A stretch of DNA of 64,000 bases from Candidatus Woesearchaeota archaeon (GTDB lineage: Archaea > Nanobdellota > Nanobdellia > Woesearchaeales > UBA119), in assembly GCA_035363095.1 (NCBI GenBank), contig DAOSEK010000001.1, forward strand, positions 82,473 through 146,472. Reading direction: 5' to 3'. This document shows positions 10,681 through 20,390 of the stretch, piece after piece. A program made the translations under genes and the position numbers. The notes beneath the pieces are model-generated. The model ran no database searches and was not told where the DNA came from. It saw only the letters and a list, made by a program, of their open reading frames with translations. Position 1 is the stretch's first letter, and every line of letters starts with the position of its first letter.

Positions 10681-11085
10681 GTAAACATCTACTGTTTAGT
10701 TTTTGATTGGATTTTTTATTAGGTGTTTAACTAAATATTTAACTAGATATTTAATTGGGCATTTGACTAAATATTTGATGGTTTTTTATTGAATTTCTTA
10801 TTGTTTGGGCAATGCTTATTTTTAAATATTTGTTAAGTGCACCAAAAATAGGATTTGACTTGAATAGATTTTGAGCATAATTTTAAATATAATGATTACA
10901 TTTGGCTTTGAGGTTGAAATATGTTTATTGGACTCTTGAGTGATTGGGTCTTTAATTATTTAGTGTATTTTGCAGGGATAAGTTTTTTGGTAGCATTATG
11001 ATTTTGTGATTTAGAATATTTATATTTTGGTGTGTTTTTTACATGTGTTTTTTATTAGAATTTAAATTGAATGAGATGGTGAGAG

Positions 11086-13395
11086 ATGTTGGATAAAAAA
11101 GAGTTTAATAATTCAAGCAAAAAGGAAGTATCGGATGGAAAAGAAGTTATCCTGAAAGAAAAAAATCGTGCTAATAATAATTTTAAAAGAATTATTGTTA
11201 CAAGCGCTCTTCCGTATGTTAATAATATTCCTCATATTGGAAATATGGTTTGTGTTATTAGTGCTGATTGCTATGCAAGGTATCTTAAAAGCAAAGGGGA
11301 GAATGTAGTTAGTGTTTTGGGAACTGATGAACATGGAACAACTACGGAGATTAAGGCAATAGAAGAAGGAGTTAGTCCTAAGGAGATTACTGATAAATAT
11401 TTTAAGATTCATAAAAAGATTTATGATTTTTTTCTTTGTGAACCTGATTGTTTTGGAAGAACTTCTTCAAAAGAGAACCACGAAATAACTAAAGAACTTT
11501 TTGGAAGGCTTGATAATAATGGATATATTAGCGAGGATTCTATAAGCCAGTTTTATTGTGAGAGATGCGATAGGTTTTTGGCGGATAGATTTGTTATTGG
11601 CACTTGTGGGTTTTGCGGTTATGAAAAGGCAAGGGGAGACCAATGTGAGAGCTGTGGTAAGCTTTTGGATGTTGAGGATTTAAGGGATGTAAAATGTTCG
11701 ATATGTAATGTCCAAGTTGTTTTAAGGGAGAGCAAGCATCTTTTTTTGGAGCTTCCAAAACTTTCTTTGGAGTTACAAAAATTCGTTGATGAAAGAAAAT
11801 CAAAGTGGAGTGTTAATGCTCTTACGATGACAAATAGCTGGATATCAGGCGGGCTTAAAAAAAGGTGTATTACAAGGGACCTTAAGTGGGGGATTCCTGT
11901 TCCAAAGCAAGGATTTGAGGGTAAGGTTTTCTATTCATGGTTTGATGCTCCGATTGGTTACATCGGGATTACTGCAGAGAATAGAAAGGAGTGGAGAGAT
12001 TGGTGGAAATCTGATGATACTAGACTTGTTCAGTTTATGGGAAAAGACAATATTCCGTTTCATACTATTTTGTTTCCTGCAATTTTAATGGGCGCAAGGG
12101 ATGGATATGTTTTGCTGGATAGTATTTCTGTTAATGAGTATCTTAATTATGAGGATGGCAAGATTTCTAAATCTGAAAAGAGAGGAATTTTTGGTGATGA
12201 TGCAATAGAGATTGGGCTAAGGGCAGATGTATGGAGATACTATCTTATTATCAACAGGCCTGAGAAAACTGATACGGTTTTTATATGGCAAGATTTTATG
12301 GAGAAGGTTAATAATGAGCTTGTAGCTACTTTAGGAAATCTTGTAAATAGGGTTTTGACTTTTGTTAAGAGCAAGTATGGTTCAGTGTGCCCTGAAGGGA
12401 TTTTGGAGAGTTCCGATGAGATTTTTTTGGATAAGATAAAAATGCAGGTTAAAGAGTTAGAAAGGGATTTGGATTTGATTGAGATTAAATCTGCACTTAA
12501 AGGGGTTATGGGGGTTGCAAGGCTTGCTAACCAATATATGCAGGAGAATAAACCATGGCAAAATTCTAAGCAAAGAGCGGATGCTTGCGTTTGTGTGCTT
12601 TTGAATGTCATCAAGGATTTGGGTGTTTTATGTGAACCTTTTATGCCAGGGGTTTCAAAGGACATTTTTGCCCAGCTTAATATTGAATATCAAAACTGGA
12701 ATAATCTTTTTGAGTTATCCATTAGGCATGGACATGAAATTGGAACGCCAAATGCTTTGTTTGAAAAGCTTGATGATAAAAGGATTGATGAATTGAAAAG
12801 AAGATATTCAGGAAGACAAAAGGAAATTGTGATTGAAAAGAAGAAAATTAGGGCAGAGGGTAGAGCAAAGGAGATTGATGTTATAAGGGATTTCTCTGAT
12901 CTTGATTTGAGGGTTGGAATTGTAAAAGAAGCGATAAGCCATCCTAATGCAGATAAGCTTTTGATTATGAAAGTTGATGTTGGGGAAAAACAAATTCAGC
13001 TTGTTGCAGGACTTAAGAAGTTCTATTCGCCTGAGGAGATTGTAGGTAAAAGGATTATAGTTGTTAATAATTTGAAACATGCTAATTTAAGGGGCTTTGA
13101 AAGTGAAGGGATGCTTTTAGCTGGTGGACCTTCTGAGGATTTGCAAGATGATGAGAAGATTTCAAAAGGTTTTCATGGGATTTTGTATACAGATAAAAGC
13201 CCTCCTGGAACTAAGATTGTCATTACTGGAGGAAATGCAAATGGCGAACCTATAAAAGAACTAACTATTGATGAGTTTTATTCAAATTACAAAATCGTGG
13301 TTAAGGGTGGAAAGGCATTTTATAATGGAAAAGTTTTAAAAGCTGAAGATGAAGAGGTTATGTGTGATAGGGTTAAGAATGGTTTGGTGAGGTAG
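11086..13395 (+). CDS. metG: methionine--tRNA ligase with C-terminal tRNA-binding OB domain
   Basis: TSALPYVNNIPHIGN, GTDEHG, Zn knuckles, KISKS, DLRVG..HPNADKL. Confidence 0.97.
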   Translation: MLDKKEFNNSSKKEVSDGKEVILKEKNRANNNFKRIIVTSALPYVNNIPHIGNMVCVISADCYARYLKSKGENVVSVLGTDEHGTTTEIKAIEEGVSPKEITDKYFKIHKKIYDFFLCEPDCFGRTSSKENHEITKELFGRLDNNGYISEDSISQFYCERCDRFLADRFVIGTCGFCGYEKARGDQCESCGKLLDVEDLRDVKCSICNVQVVLRESKHLFLELPKLSLELQKFVDERKSKWSVNALTMTNSWISGGLKKRCITRDLKWGIPVPKQGFEGKVFYSWFDAPIGYIGITAENRKEWRDWWKSDDTRLVQFMGKDNIPFHTILFPAILMGARDGYVLLDSISVNEYLNYEDGKISKSEKRGIFGDDAIEIGLRADVWRYYLIINRPEKTDTVFIWQDFMEKVNNELVATLGNLVNRVLTFVKSKYGSVCPEGILESSDEIFLDKIKMQVKELERDLDLIEIKSALKGVMGVARLANQYMQENKPWQNSKQRADACVCVLLNVIKDLGVLCEPFMPGVSKDIFAQLNIEYQNWNNLFELSIRHGHEIGTPNALFEKLDDKRIDELKRRYSGRQKEIVIEKKKIRAEGRAKEIDVIRDFSDLDLRVGIVKEAISHPNADKLLIMKVDVGEKQIQLVAGLKKFYSPEEIVGKRIIVVNNLKHANLRGFESEGMLLAGGPSEDLQDDEKISKGFHGILYTDKSPPGTKIVITGGNANGEPIKELTIDEFYSNYKIVVKGGKAFYNGKVLKAEDEEVMCDRVKNGLVR

Positions 13396-13401
13396 GTTTT
13401 T

Positions 13402-14961
13402 TTGAGCGAGAAGGCGAAAACGGTTTTTAGAAATCTTCCTTTTGCCCTTATTATTAGGGATGGATGGGGGATTAGTAGGAGAAAAGAAGGTAACGCAATT
13501 TTTCATGCTAGTACGCCTTTTGCTGATTATCTATTTGAGAAATGTCCAACTTCTATTGTTCAAACATCAGGGTTTGCTGTGGGACTTCCTAAGGGATATC
13601 AGGGAAATAGTGAGGTTGGGCACATTACGATTGGTGCTGGAAGGATTCATTATCAATCGCTTCAACGAATTAATAGTGCAATTGAAAATAGAAGTTTTTT
13701 TGATAATGAGGTTATTAAAGGAGCTTTTGGAAATGCTAAGAAAAATAATGCAAAGGTTCATTTGATGGGGCTTTTGCAAGACCAAGGAGTGCATGCCCAT
13801 ATAGATCATCTTTTTGCGCTTTTGGATTTTGCAAAAAAAGAAAATTTTAGAGATGTGATAATCCATATTTTCACTGACGGCAGAGATACTGCGCCAAAAT
13901 CTGCTCTTTCTTTTTTAAAGAGGCTTGAATTAAAGATTAAAGAGATTGGGATTGGCAAGATTGGAATGATTTGTGGCAGATTTTATGCAATGGATAGGGA
14001 TAATCGCTGGGAGCGAATTGTTTTGGCTTATAAAGGGCTTGTGGATTGTGAGGCGCCTGCTTTTCCAAACGCATGTAAGGCAATTAAGGATGCTTATTCT
14101 AAAGGTGAGACAGATGAGTTTATTATGCCAAGGATTGTTAATGGGTTTGAGGGCATTAAGGATAAGGATAGTGTGATTTTTTATAATTATAGGTATGATA
14201 GGGCAAGAGAACTTACTACAGTATTTATGGAAAGGGAATTTAACGAGTTTCCAAGAACTATGCGTAAAGGACTTTACTATGCATGTTTTACGAAATATTA
14301 TGATACGCTAAAAGCCCCTGTTGCTTTTGAGCCTATTTCAATGAATAATCTTTTAGGTCAGGTTATTTCTAAAAACGGCTTAAGACAATTAAGAATTGCA
14401 GAGACTGAAAAGTATGCTCATGTTACTTTCTTTTTTAACGGACAATCAGATGTTATAAGTACTCTTGAATCTCATAGACTGATTGCAAGTCCTAAAGTTA
14501 CTACTTATGATTTGAAACCTGAGATGAGTGCTTATTTGGTTTGTGATGAGATACTGGCTTCAATTAAGAGAAATGAATTTGATGTTTATATTATAAATTT
14601 TGCAAATCCTGATATGGTTGGGCACACCGGAGTATTCAATGCAGCGGTAATGGCTTGTGAGGTTGTAGATGAGTGTGTGAGAAAGGTGTGCGATGCGATT
14701 TTAGATAAGAATGGTTGTTGTCTTGTTGGAGCCGATCATGGGAATGCTGAAGAGATGATTGATGATAAATTAAAAGAGGTTATCACATCGCATACTCTAA
14801 ATCCTGTTTATTATCATTTAGTTTCTAAGGATAAAAAACTTATGGGCAAAAGGCTTATTAATGGTGGTCTTTGTGATATTGCGCCCACTATTCTTGATTT
14901 GATAGGAGTTGAGATTCCTAAGGATATGACGGGAATTAGTCTTTTGGAGGGGAGAGAATGA
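13402..14961 (+). CDS. gpmI: 2,3-bisphosphoglycerate-independent phosphoglycerate mutase (bacterial type)
   Basis: IIRDGWG, GNSEVGH, DGRDT, GRFYAMDRDNRW, AETEKYAHVTFF, NPDMVGHTG, ADHGNAE. Confidence 0.95.
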   Translation: MSEKAKTVFRNLPFALIIRDGWGISRRKEGNAIFHASTPFADYLFEKCPTSIVQTSGFAVGLPKGYQGNSEVGHITIGAGRIHYQSLQRINSAIENRSFFDNEVIKGAFGNAKKNNAKVHLMGLLQDQGVHAHIDHLFALLDFAKKENFRDVIIHIFTDGRDTAPKSALSFLKRLELKIKEIGIGKIGMICGRFYAMDRDNRWERIVLAYKGLVDCEAPAFPNACKAIKDAYSKGETDEFIMPRIVNGFEGIKDKDSVIFYNYRYDRARELTTVFMEREFNEFPRTMRKGLYYACFTKYYDTLKAPVAFEPISMNNLLGQVISKNGLRQLRIAETEKYAHVTFFFNGQSDVISTLESHRLIASPKVTTYDLKPEMSAYLVCDEILASIKRNEFDVYIINFANPDMVGHTGVFNAAVMACEVVDECVRKVCDAILDKNGCCLVGADHGNAEEMIDDKLKEVITSHTLNPVYYHLVSKDKKLMGKRLINGGLCDIAPTILDLIGVEIPKDMTGISLLEGRE

Positions 14962-15062
14962 GGCTTATTGAGTTTATTAAAAAGTTTTTTAGAGATTATA
15001 AAGAAAAAAGAACTACTAGATTTGATTATGAACAGAAGTTTGCACCTGATAGTAAGAAATGA
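14958..15062 (+). CDS. putative 34-aa small protein (MRLIEFIKKFFRDYKEKRTTRFDYEQKFAPDSKK)
   Basis: ATGA overlap with the gpmI stop, GGAGG upstream; not in ORF track. Confidence 0.4.
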   Translation: MRLIEFIKKFFRDYKEKRTTRFDYEQKFAPDSKK

Positions 15063-15139
15063 AATTAAATGAAAATAGAACGAAAACTTTCTTTTGTGGT
15101 TTGCTATGTTGAAGTGTTCAAGATTTCATTTTAGGCTAA

Positions 15140-15571
15140 TTATTTGTTTAAACATTTTTTAATCTCTTCAAAGATTTCTTTAAGTGTTTTAGTTGATACT
15201 ATATGTTTTCTTTTTGAATTGTAGTGATAGCCAAATTCGCTATCTAAAAACTCTTCTCCTTTGAAGATAACACGATTCTTGTATCTTGGTCTAAAGTGGA
15301 AATGAACATAAGGCTTTGGATTTTCTTCTTGGTATGCATTATTCATAAGACAGCTCCAGTTAAACATTGTAGCTCCGAATGCATTCTTAAGAGCAGACTC
15401 AAGTATTTTTACAATGTTTTCATGAAAATCTTGCCATTCTTCAGAAGTAAGACTAGATAAGTTAGCGCAATCTCTTTTAAGGAGAACTACACATCTTCCC
15501 AAATATGCTTGTTCATTAATAAGAATGGCTTTCCAAGATTTGGTTTCCAAGATCACAAATTCTTTATCCAT
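15140..15571 (-). CDS. HIT family nucleotide hydrolase
   Basis: YLGRCVV, FNWSCLMNNA, variant triad YVHFHFRPRY. Confidence 0.8.
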   Translation of the reverse strand: MDKEFVILETKSWKAILINEQAYLGRCVVLLKRDCANLSSLTSEEWQDFHENIVKILESALKNAFGATMFNWSCLMNNAYQEENPKPYVHFHFRPRYKNRVIFKGEEFLDSEFGYHYNSKRKHIVSTKTLKEIFEEIKKCLNK

Positions 15572-15715
15572 AATTCCAAAAAGCTAATTCTTATTTAAAT
15601 AATTTCGCTAAAAGAAAACAAGTACGGCAAACATAAATTTTTATAAGAAACTATTTTACAGAACTGAAGATGTACATTTAAAGATAAAATAAACTTAAAG
15701 ATAAAATAAAAAAAG

Positions 15716-16561
15716 CTATTTTTTGGGCATGTACTGTCTCATGTACTCCGCAACATCTTTTGCGCCCCATATCTCAACGTCCAGCTTGTTGTAGTAATCC
15801 ATAGGATCTTTTCCCAAACTTGCCAGCGCAAAAAACAATGATGGTAAGATAGTTCCTAAATCCTTGAGATAGAAATCTTCAGTATTTTGTTTGTGGAATT
15901 CAGTCGAGATATCACCGTTTATGTTGCCGTTTCCCTTAACGTATTCTAAAGCTGCCCAAGCAAGATGATTGCCATGTAGAAAATGCATCATCTCAGGACC
16001 ACTTAAATCATTGAATGCCGACTCTAAAAGATTCAAAACATCCCTTTCTGAATAATTTACCTTTCCATTTACTCCTGCTAGATAACTGCTGATAGACTTC
16101 GGAACGGACAACGCAGCTAGTTCGTTACTCATTTTTGTAATTTCAGGAAGATCTTCATATTTTTTGAAATTTGAATTGAAAACTTTATCTTTTTCTCTAG
16201 CAGTATCTGGAATTCCTAACTCTTTTTTGGATTCCTCAGACAGGTCCCCAACTAGGACGTATAATTCTGAGCCATTGAAAGTGTACTTTCGGGCTCCATT
16301 AGTTAAACCGTTTCCACTATTAGATAATACCTCTTCGAGGGGTTTGCCTCCTAAAGAAACAAGTTCAATAGTTTTTCCAGTTGGTATATCTCCTCTAAAT
16401 GCATAGGACTCTGGATGTTTTTGTTGTTCTTCTAACCCTCGATACCATATATCATGACTTGCTGAAGCAGGTATTTCAACGTATTTCAGTAGAAAGTTGT
16501 AAAAATCGCTACCACTACTGGGTGCGCTTGACACTTTGTCAACAGGATATTCTCTTATCAT
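15716..16561 (-). CDS. hypothetical protein, possibly tandem RyR-like repeats
   Basis: 281-aa ORF with GGTGA RBS; SHDIW...KYEDLPEITKMSN and NHLAW...EDFYLKD patterns. Confidence 0.6.
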   Translation of the reverse strand: MIREYPVDKVSSAPSSGSDFYNFLLKYVEIPASASHDIWYRGLEEQQKHPESYAFRGDIPTGKTIELVSLGGKPLEEVLSNSGNGLTNGARKYTFNGSELYVLVGDLSEESKKELGIPDTAREKDKVFNSNFKKYEDLPEITKMSNELAALSVPKSISSYLAGVNGKVNYSERDVLNLLESAFNDLSGPEMMHFLHGNHLAWAALEYVKGNGNINGDISTEFHKQNTEDFYLKDLGTILPSLFFALASLGKDPMDYYNKLDVEIWGAKDVAEYMRQYMPKK

Positions 16562-16837
16562 TTTATCACCTTTTGATTTTTATAAATTTTTGTATATAAT
16601 CAACTACTAATAGCAAATTAAGGGAGTTAAGTTATATTTAAGGGTATTTTTAAGCATTTTTGCTTTTAGTTTATTAGTGACTACTTTTTTGTATTAAAAC
16701 AACCTGCGTCCCATTAAAAATCGGACCATTCTTTCAAAACAATGATTCTTTTAAGAATATCAAAGAATAATTTACATATATATTTTTTATCTCTCGCAAC
16801 TTTTTCGGTGTTATTGTTATTCGTTGAGTGAACATAT

Positions 16838-17344
16838 TTATTTTTTAATTGAACGAGGCATAACAGAGTATCCTTTTGATAAAAATTCATCTAGTGTTTC
16901 AGACTTTAAAATATCAATTACAAATTGTGCTACAATTTTCTTAAGACGTTCTTGACAATTAGACTGAGGAATTACTCCGTTAGGACAATGAAACCAAGTC
17001 CCATAACGATCATATTTAACAATATCACTAGGAAGTTCTTGGGACAGCAATTTGTCTAAGATTAGAAGATTGTTTGGGTCAGAAGTATCTTTATTAGCTT
17101 TTACAAATCGATTAGAGTATATCTCATCACCCACCCATCCATGAATTTCACTATATGGATAATCATCTTTAGGAGATATAGTTCCGCCAATATCGATTTG
17201 ATTGTATTTTTTATTGAAAAAATTTAAGCAAATATGATATTTAGCAAATTCATCCTCTCGATCTGCGAAAAAGTCCCCTGCTCCAAATTGTTGTATTTTC
17301 TGTTCAAGCAAATTGGTTATATAGGATATCTTATTTTGAGTCAT
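16838..17344 (-). CDS. hypothetical protein
   Basis: 168-aa ORF with no recognised motif. Confidence 0.65.
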   Translation of the reverse strand: MTQNKISYITNLLEQKIQQFGAGDFFADREDEFAKYHICLNFFNKKYNQIDIGGTISPKDDYPYSEIHGWVGDEIYSNRFVKANKDTSDPNNLLILDKLLSQELPSDIVKYDRYGTWFHCPNGVIPQSNCQERLKKIVAQFVIDILKSETLDEFLSKGYSVMPRSIKK

Positions 17345-17400
17345 ATTTTAATAGTGAAATGTAAATAATAAATAGATTTGTATTAAAAAAGTTGTTTTTA

Positions 17401-17814
17401 CCCAACTTTGACAGTTAAATATTAAAGTGTTCTTAGTTTGTTTGGATTTATGACAAAACAAACAAAACTAAGAACAAACACCATAAATCAACCTCACCCT
17501 GAATGGCGAGGCCTGTTGGTAATGTAAAAGCATACGCTGTATTAACGCGAGGTTGTTGATTACAAAAAAGCGTACTGAGTCCTCTTGTTGAAACACGAGA
17601 TATGCTTTACTATTGACCAAAGTGTGCGACTGAGAAGAATTTTATGAAATCGATGAAAAAAAGAGTGATTTATTCTAATTTTGGTCCCATAAATGAGCTA
17701 ATTTGCCTCCAAAATGAGACAAAAACATAAAAAAATAATGATTTTTTTAAGAAATTAGAGCAACTGACAATTGAATATTCTTGATGAAATAATTAGCAAA
17801 CTGTCAAACGTGGG
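17401..17814. mobile_element. MITE-like element with 16-bp terminal inverted repeats, no transposase
   Basis: CCCAACTTTGACAGTT (17401-17416) matches the reverse complement of 17799-17814 (CCCACGTTTGACAGTT) at 14/16. Confidence 0.55.
17485..17651 (+). repeat. dispersed palindromic repeat: module X plus linker R
   Basis: AAATCAACCTCACCCTGAATGGCGAGG...GCGAGGTTGTTGATTACAAAAAAGCGTAC..CCTCTTGTTGAAACACGAGA; matches 28282, 45692, 49261 and (reversed) 22964. Confidence 0.9.
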
Positions 17815-17911
17815 ATACAACAATCATTTCATAAGAACTATTTTACAACATAAGAACTATTTTACACAATTACAAATGTGCAATTGAAGATGAGCAATAA
17901 TAGTAAGAATA

Positions 17912-18415
17912 TTAATATTTAGAATATTTCTTAACTGTATCTTCAAGGTTACAAATCTGTGGGAGTACTACTTCTTTGATAGTCTGCTTTTTTGAATCAT
18001 CAAAAAGGGCGAATTGAGTAACAAAAATCCCTAGCCCCACGCAGGCAATTCCTAGAATAAGTGACATACCCATTGCATTGACAACCCAAAATGAATACTC
18101 CTCAGGAGCATGAGCCCCAGGGTTTGTAATTAAAGAACTCATGTAAGAGTAAGTTGTAGAAGTGTTGTGAAAGAAATAAACTCCTATGGCTCCTAAAGCA
18201 AGTCCACCAAATACTTCGGCAAATCTTTTTTGTCTTGAAGACTTTAAGGCAATTTTAAGTTGGTCTTCGATTCCCTTAAGCTCTCCATGCAGTTTTATGA
18301 ATTCTTCTTGAGTGCACTCTTCAAGAAAGTTGTTGACTTGGTCTTGGGTGTAAACGGAATAAAGTGCCTTTAGGGTATTTCGTCCTATATCCTCTATCTT
18401 AGTATTATATTTCAT
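17912..18415 (-). CDS. hypothetical membrane protein (2 TM)
   Basis: 167-aa ORF with two hydrophobic stretches. Confidence 0.65.
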   Translation of the reverse strand: MKYNTKIEDIGRNTLKALYSVYTQDQVNNFLEECTQEEFIKLHGELKGIEDQLKIALKSSRQKRFAEVFGGLALGAIGVYFFHNTSTTYSYMSSLITNPGAHAPEEYSFWVVNAMGMSLILGIACVGLGIFVTQFALFDDSKKQTIKEVVLPQICNLEDTVKKYSKY

Positions 18416-18807
18416 TTGAATTTACCATAGGAGTTAATAATTTTATAGGGAGTACTATAATATTTTTAAATTTATTGTCTTATAATCTTACAAATAACTT
18501 TATATAGTTTGGTTGATAGATATTTTTCATGAATTAATGCAAAAAAGCCCGGAAGGTTTTGGATGAATTAAGTAAGTTGATTTTTGAAAGCGATTCAAAC
18601 ATAAGGCCTGATTATGTCGTTGGATTTTATAGGCTTTGGACAAGGCTTCCTGCAATTGAGAATGTTTTGATAAAAAAAGGTTTTCTCGAACCAATTAGAG
18701 ATTGATGAAGAACAAATCCCTCTTTTAGAGGAATGCAAAAAGGATTTTGAATGGTCATATTGTGCTTTTTATTATTAGGAAATGTGAATGTTTTTCAAAA
18801 ACAAATA

Positions 18808-18963
18808 TTTATAAATAAATCGGGATTCCCAGATATCAGCCAATGAGTGTTGATGGCACTTGCCGGAGCGAGGCTTAGATCTTTCTTTGGCAATACTGTG
18901 ATTTTTTTTAGGGTATCTTGTTGGCAATATTTAGGATTGTAAAAATAATGAAAGGTGTAAATT
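18808..18963 (+). promoter_or_regulatory. TATA box and structured 5' leader of rpl7ae with K-loop-like motif
   Basis: TTTATAAATA at about 18808; GCCA-ATGA-GTGT-TGA-TGGC hairpin at 18840-18858. Confidence 0.45.
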
Positions 18964-19386
18964 ATGGCTGAAATACCAAAAGAAGTTGTCGAAAAGGCAT
19001 ATGAGGCTATTGAAATAGCAAGAAGTACTGGTAAGATTAAGAAAGGCACTAACGAGGCTACAAAGGCAATTGAAAGAGGAGTTGCAAAGATGGTTGTTTA
19101 TGCAGCGAACACAAGCCCTAAAGAAGTGATAATGCATATTCCAATGCTTTGTAAGGAGAAAGGAATTCTTTGTGTTGAGGTTCCAAGTAGAGAAGAACTC
19201 GGTGCTTCAACAGGGATACCTGTTGCTACTGCAGCAGTAGCAATTGTTAATGAGGGAGAAGCAAAATCGGTTCTCAAATTCATAAAAGATAGTCTTGAGC
19301 CAAAAGAAGAACCTAAAAAAGAAGAGAAAAAAACTGAAGAGAAGGAAGAAAATAGTGCTCCAAAAGAAGAGCCTAAATCAGAGTAA
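18964..19386 (+). CDS. rpl7ae: 50S ribosomal protein L7Ae
   Basis: GKIKKGTNEATKAIERG..HIPMLCKEKGI..ELGASTGI. Confidence 0.97.
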   Translation: MAEIPKEVVEKAYEAIEIARSTGKIKKGTNEATKAIERGVAKMVVYAANTSPKEVIMHIPMLCKEKGILCVEVPSREELGASTGIPVATAAVAIVNEGEAKSVLKFIKDSLEPKEEPKKEEKKTEEKEENSAPKEEPKSE

Positions 19387-19397
19387 AGGGTGTAAAA

Positions 19398-19685
19398 ATG
19401 GCTAATCCGAGAAATGATAAAGGACAAGGACCTTCACAAAAATCCCAAAGCGTAGGGGGTTCAGGGGTTAATTTTACCCAAGGGTTTCCTGCAAGGGTTG
19501 AGGAGGTTATTGGAAGAACAGGGGTAAGAGGAGACGTTATTCAGGTAAGATGCAAGATTTTAGCTGGATATGACCAAAATAAGATTATTAGAAGAAATGT
19601 TGTAGGGCCAGTTCAGATAGGAGATATATTGATGCTTAGAGAAACTGAGATTGAAGCAAGGCCACTTAACCAGAGGAGAAAATAG
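19398..19685 (+). CDS. rps28e: 30S ribosomal protein S28e with N-terminal extension
   Basis: EVIGRTGVRGDVIQVRC..RRNVVGPVQIGDILMLRETEIEAR. Confidence 0.95.
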   Translation: MANPRNDKGQGPSQKSQSVGGSGVNFTQGFPARVEEVIGRTGVRGDVIQVRCKILAGYDQNKIIRRNVVGPVQIGDILMLRETEIEARPLNQRRK

Positions 19686-19695
19686 GTGATTTGAG

Positions 19696-19884
19696 ATGAA
19701 ATGTACATTCTGTGAAAAGACTATTACTCCTGGAACAGGTAAGATTTATGTTCTTAAAAGTGGTAAAACTTATAGGTTTTGCACGTTAAAATGCCAAAAG
19801 AATATGCTTAAGCTTAAAAGAAAGGCAAGGGAACAAAAGTGGGTTTCTAAGTCTGATGAAGCAAAGGCAAAATTGAAGAAATAG
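19696..19884 (+). CDS. rpl24e: 50S ribosomal protein L24e
   Basis: CTFC..PGTGKIYV..FCTLKCQKN. Confidence 0.95.
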   Translation: MKCTFCEKTITPGTGKIYVLKSGKTYRFCTLKCQKNMLKLKRKAREQKWVSKSDEAKAKLKK

Positions 19885-19896
19885 AGGTGAATTTTA

Positions 19897-20376
19897 ATGG
19901 CACTAGAAAGGACACTTGTATTAATTAAACCTGATGGAGTGAAAAGAGCTATAGTTGGAAATATAATTACTAGATTTGAAAATGCTGGCTTAAAGATTAC
20001 AGGACTTAAGATGATTTGGGTATCTCCAAATATGGCTAAAGAGCACTATCAGGAGCATGTTAAAAAGGAATTTTATGTTGGCCTTGAGCAATTCATTACT
20101 GAAGGTCCGGTTGTTGCTATGGTACTTGAGGGTATTGAATGCATTGAGGTTGTAAGAAAGATTGTTGGTTCAACTGAGCCAAAGAGTGCTCAACCTGGGA
20201 CAATTCGTGGAGATTTTGGGCATATCTCTTATAGTTATGCGGATGCGAAGCACATTGCTGTTAAGAATCTTATTCATGCATCTTCAAATTCTAAGGATGC
20301 AGAAAGAGAGATTGCACTATGGTTTGCTCCTGAACAAGTCCACAAATACAATAGCATTTATGAACAAATATTATAA
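19897..20376 (+). CDS. ndk: nucleoside diphosphate kinase
   Basis: ERTLVLIKPDGV, PGTIRGDF, NLIHAS. Confidence 0.97.
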   Translation: MALERTLVLIKPDGVKRAIVGNIITRFENAGLKITGLKMIWVSPNMAKEHYQEHVKKEFYVGLEQFITEGPVVAMVLEGIECIEVVRKIVGSTEPKSAQPGTIRGDFGHISYSYADAKHIAVKNLIHASSNSKDAEREIALWFAPEQVHKYNSIYEQIL

Positions 20377-20390
20377 AGAGGATGTTAAAT

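Noticed and set aside
18529..18705. Possible small ORF or pseudogene fragment
   Set aside because: The in-frame ATG is followed by a stop after two codons and there is no recognisable homology.
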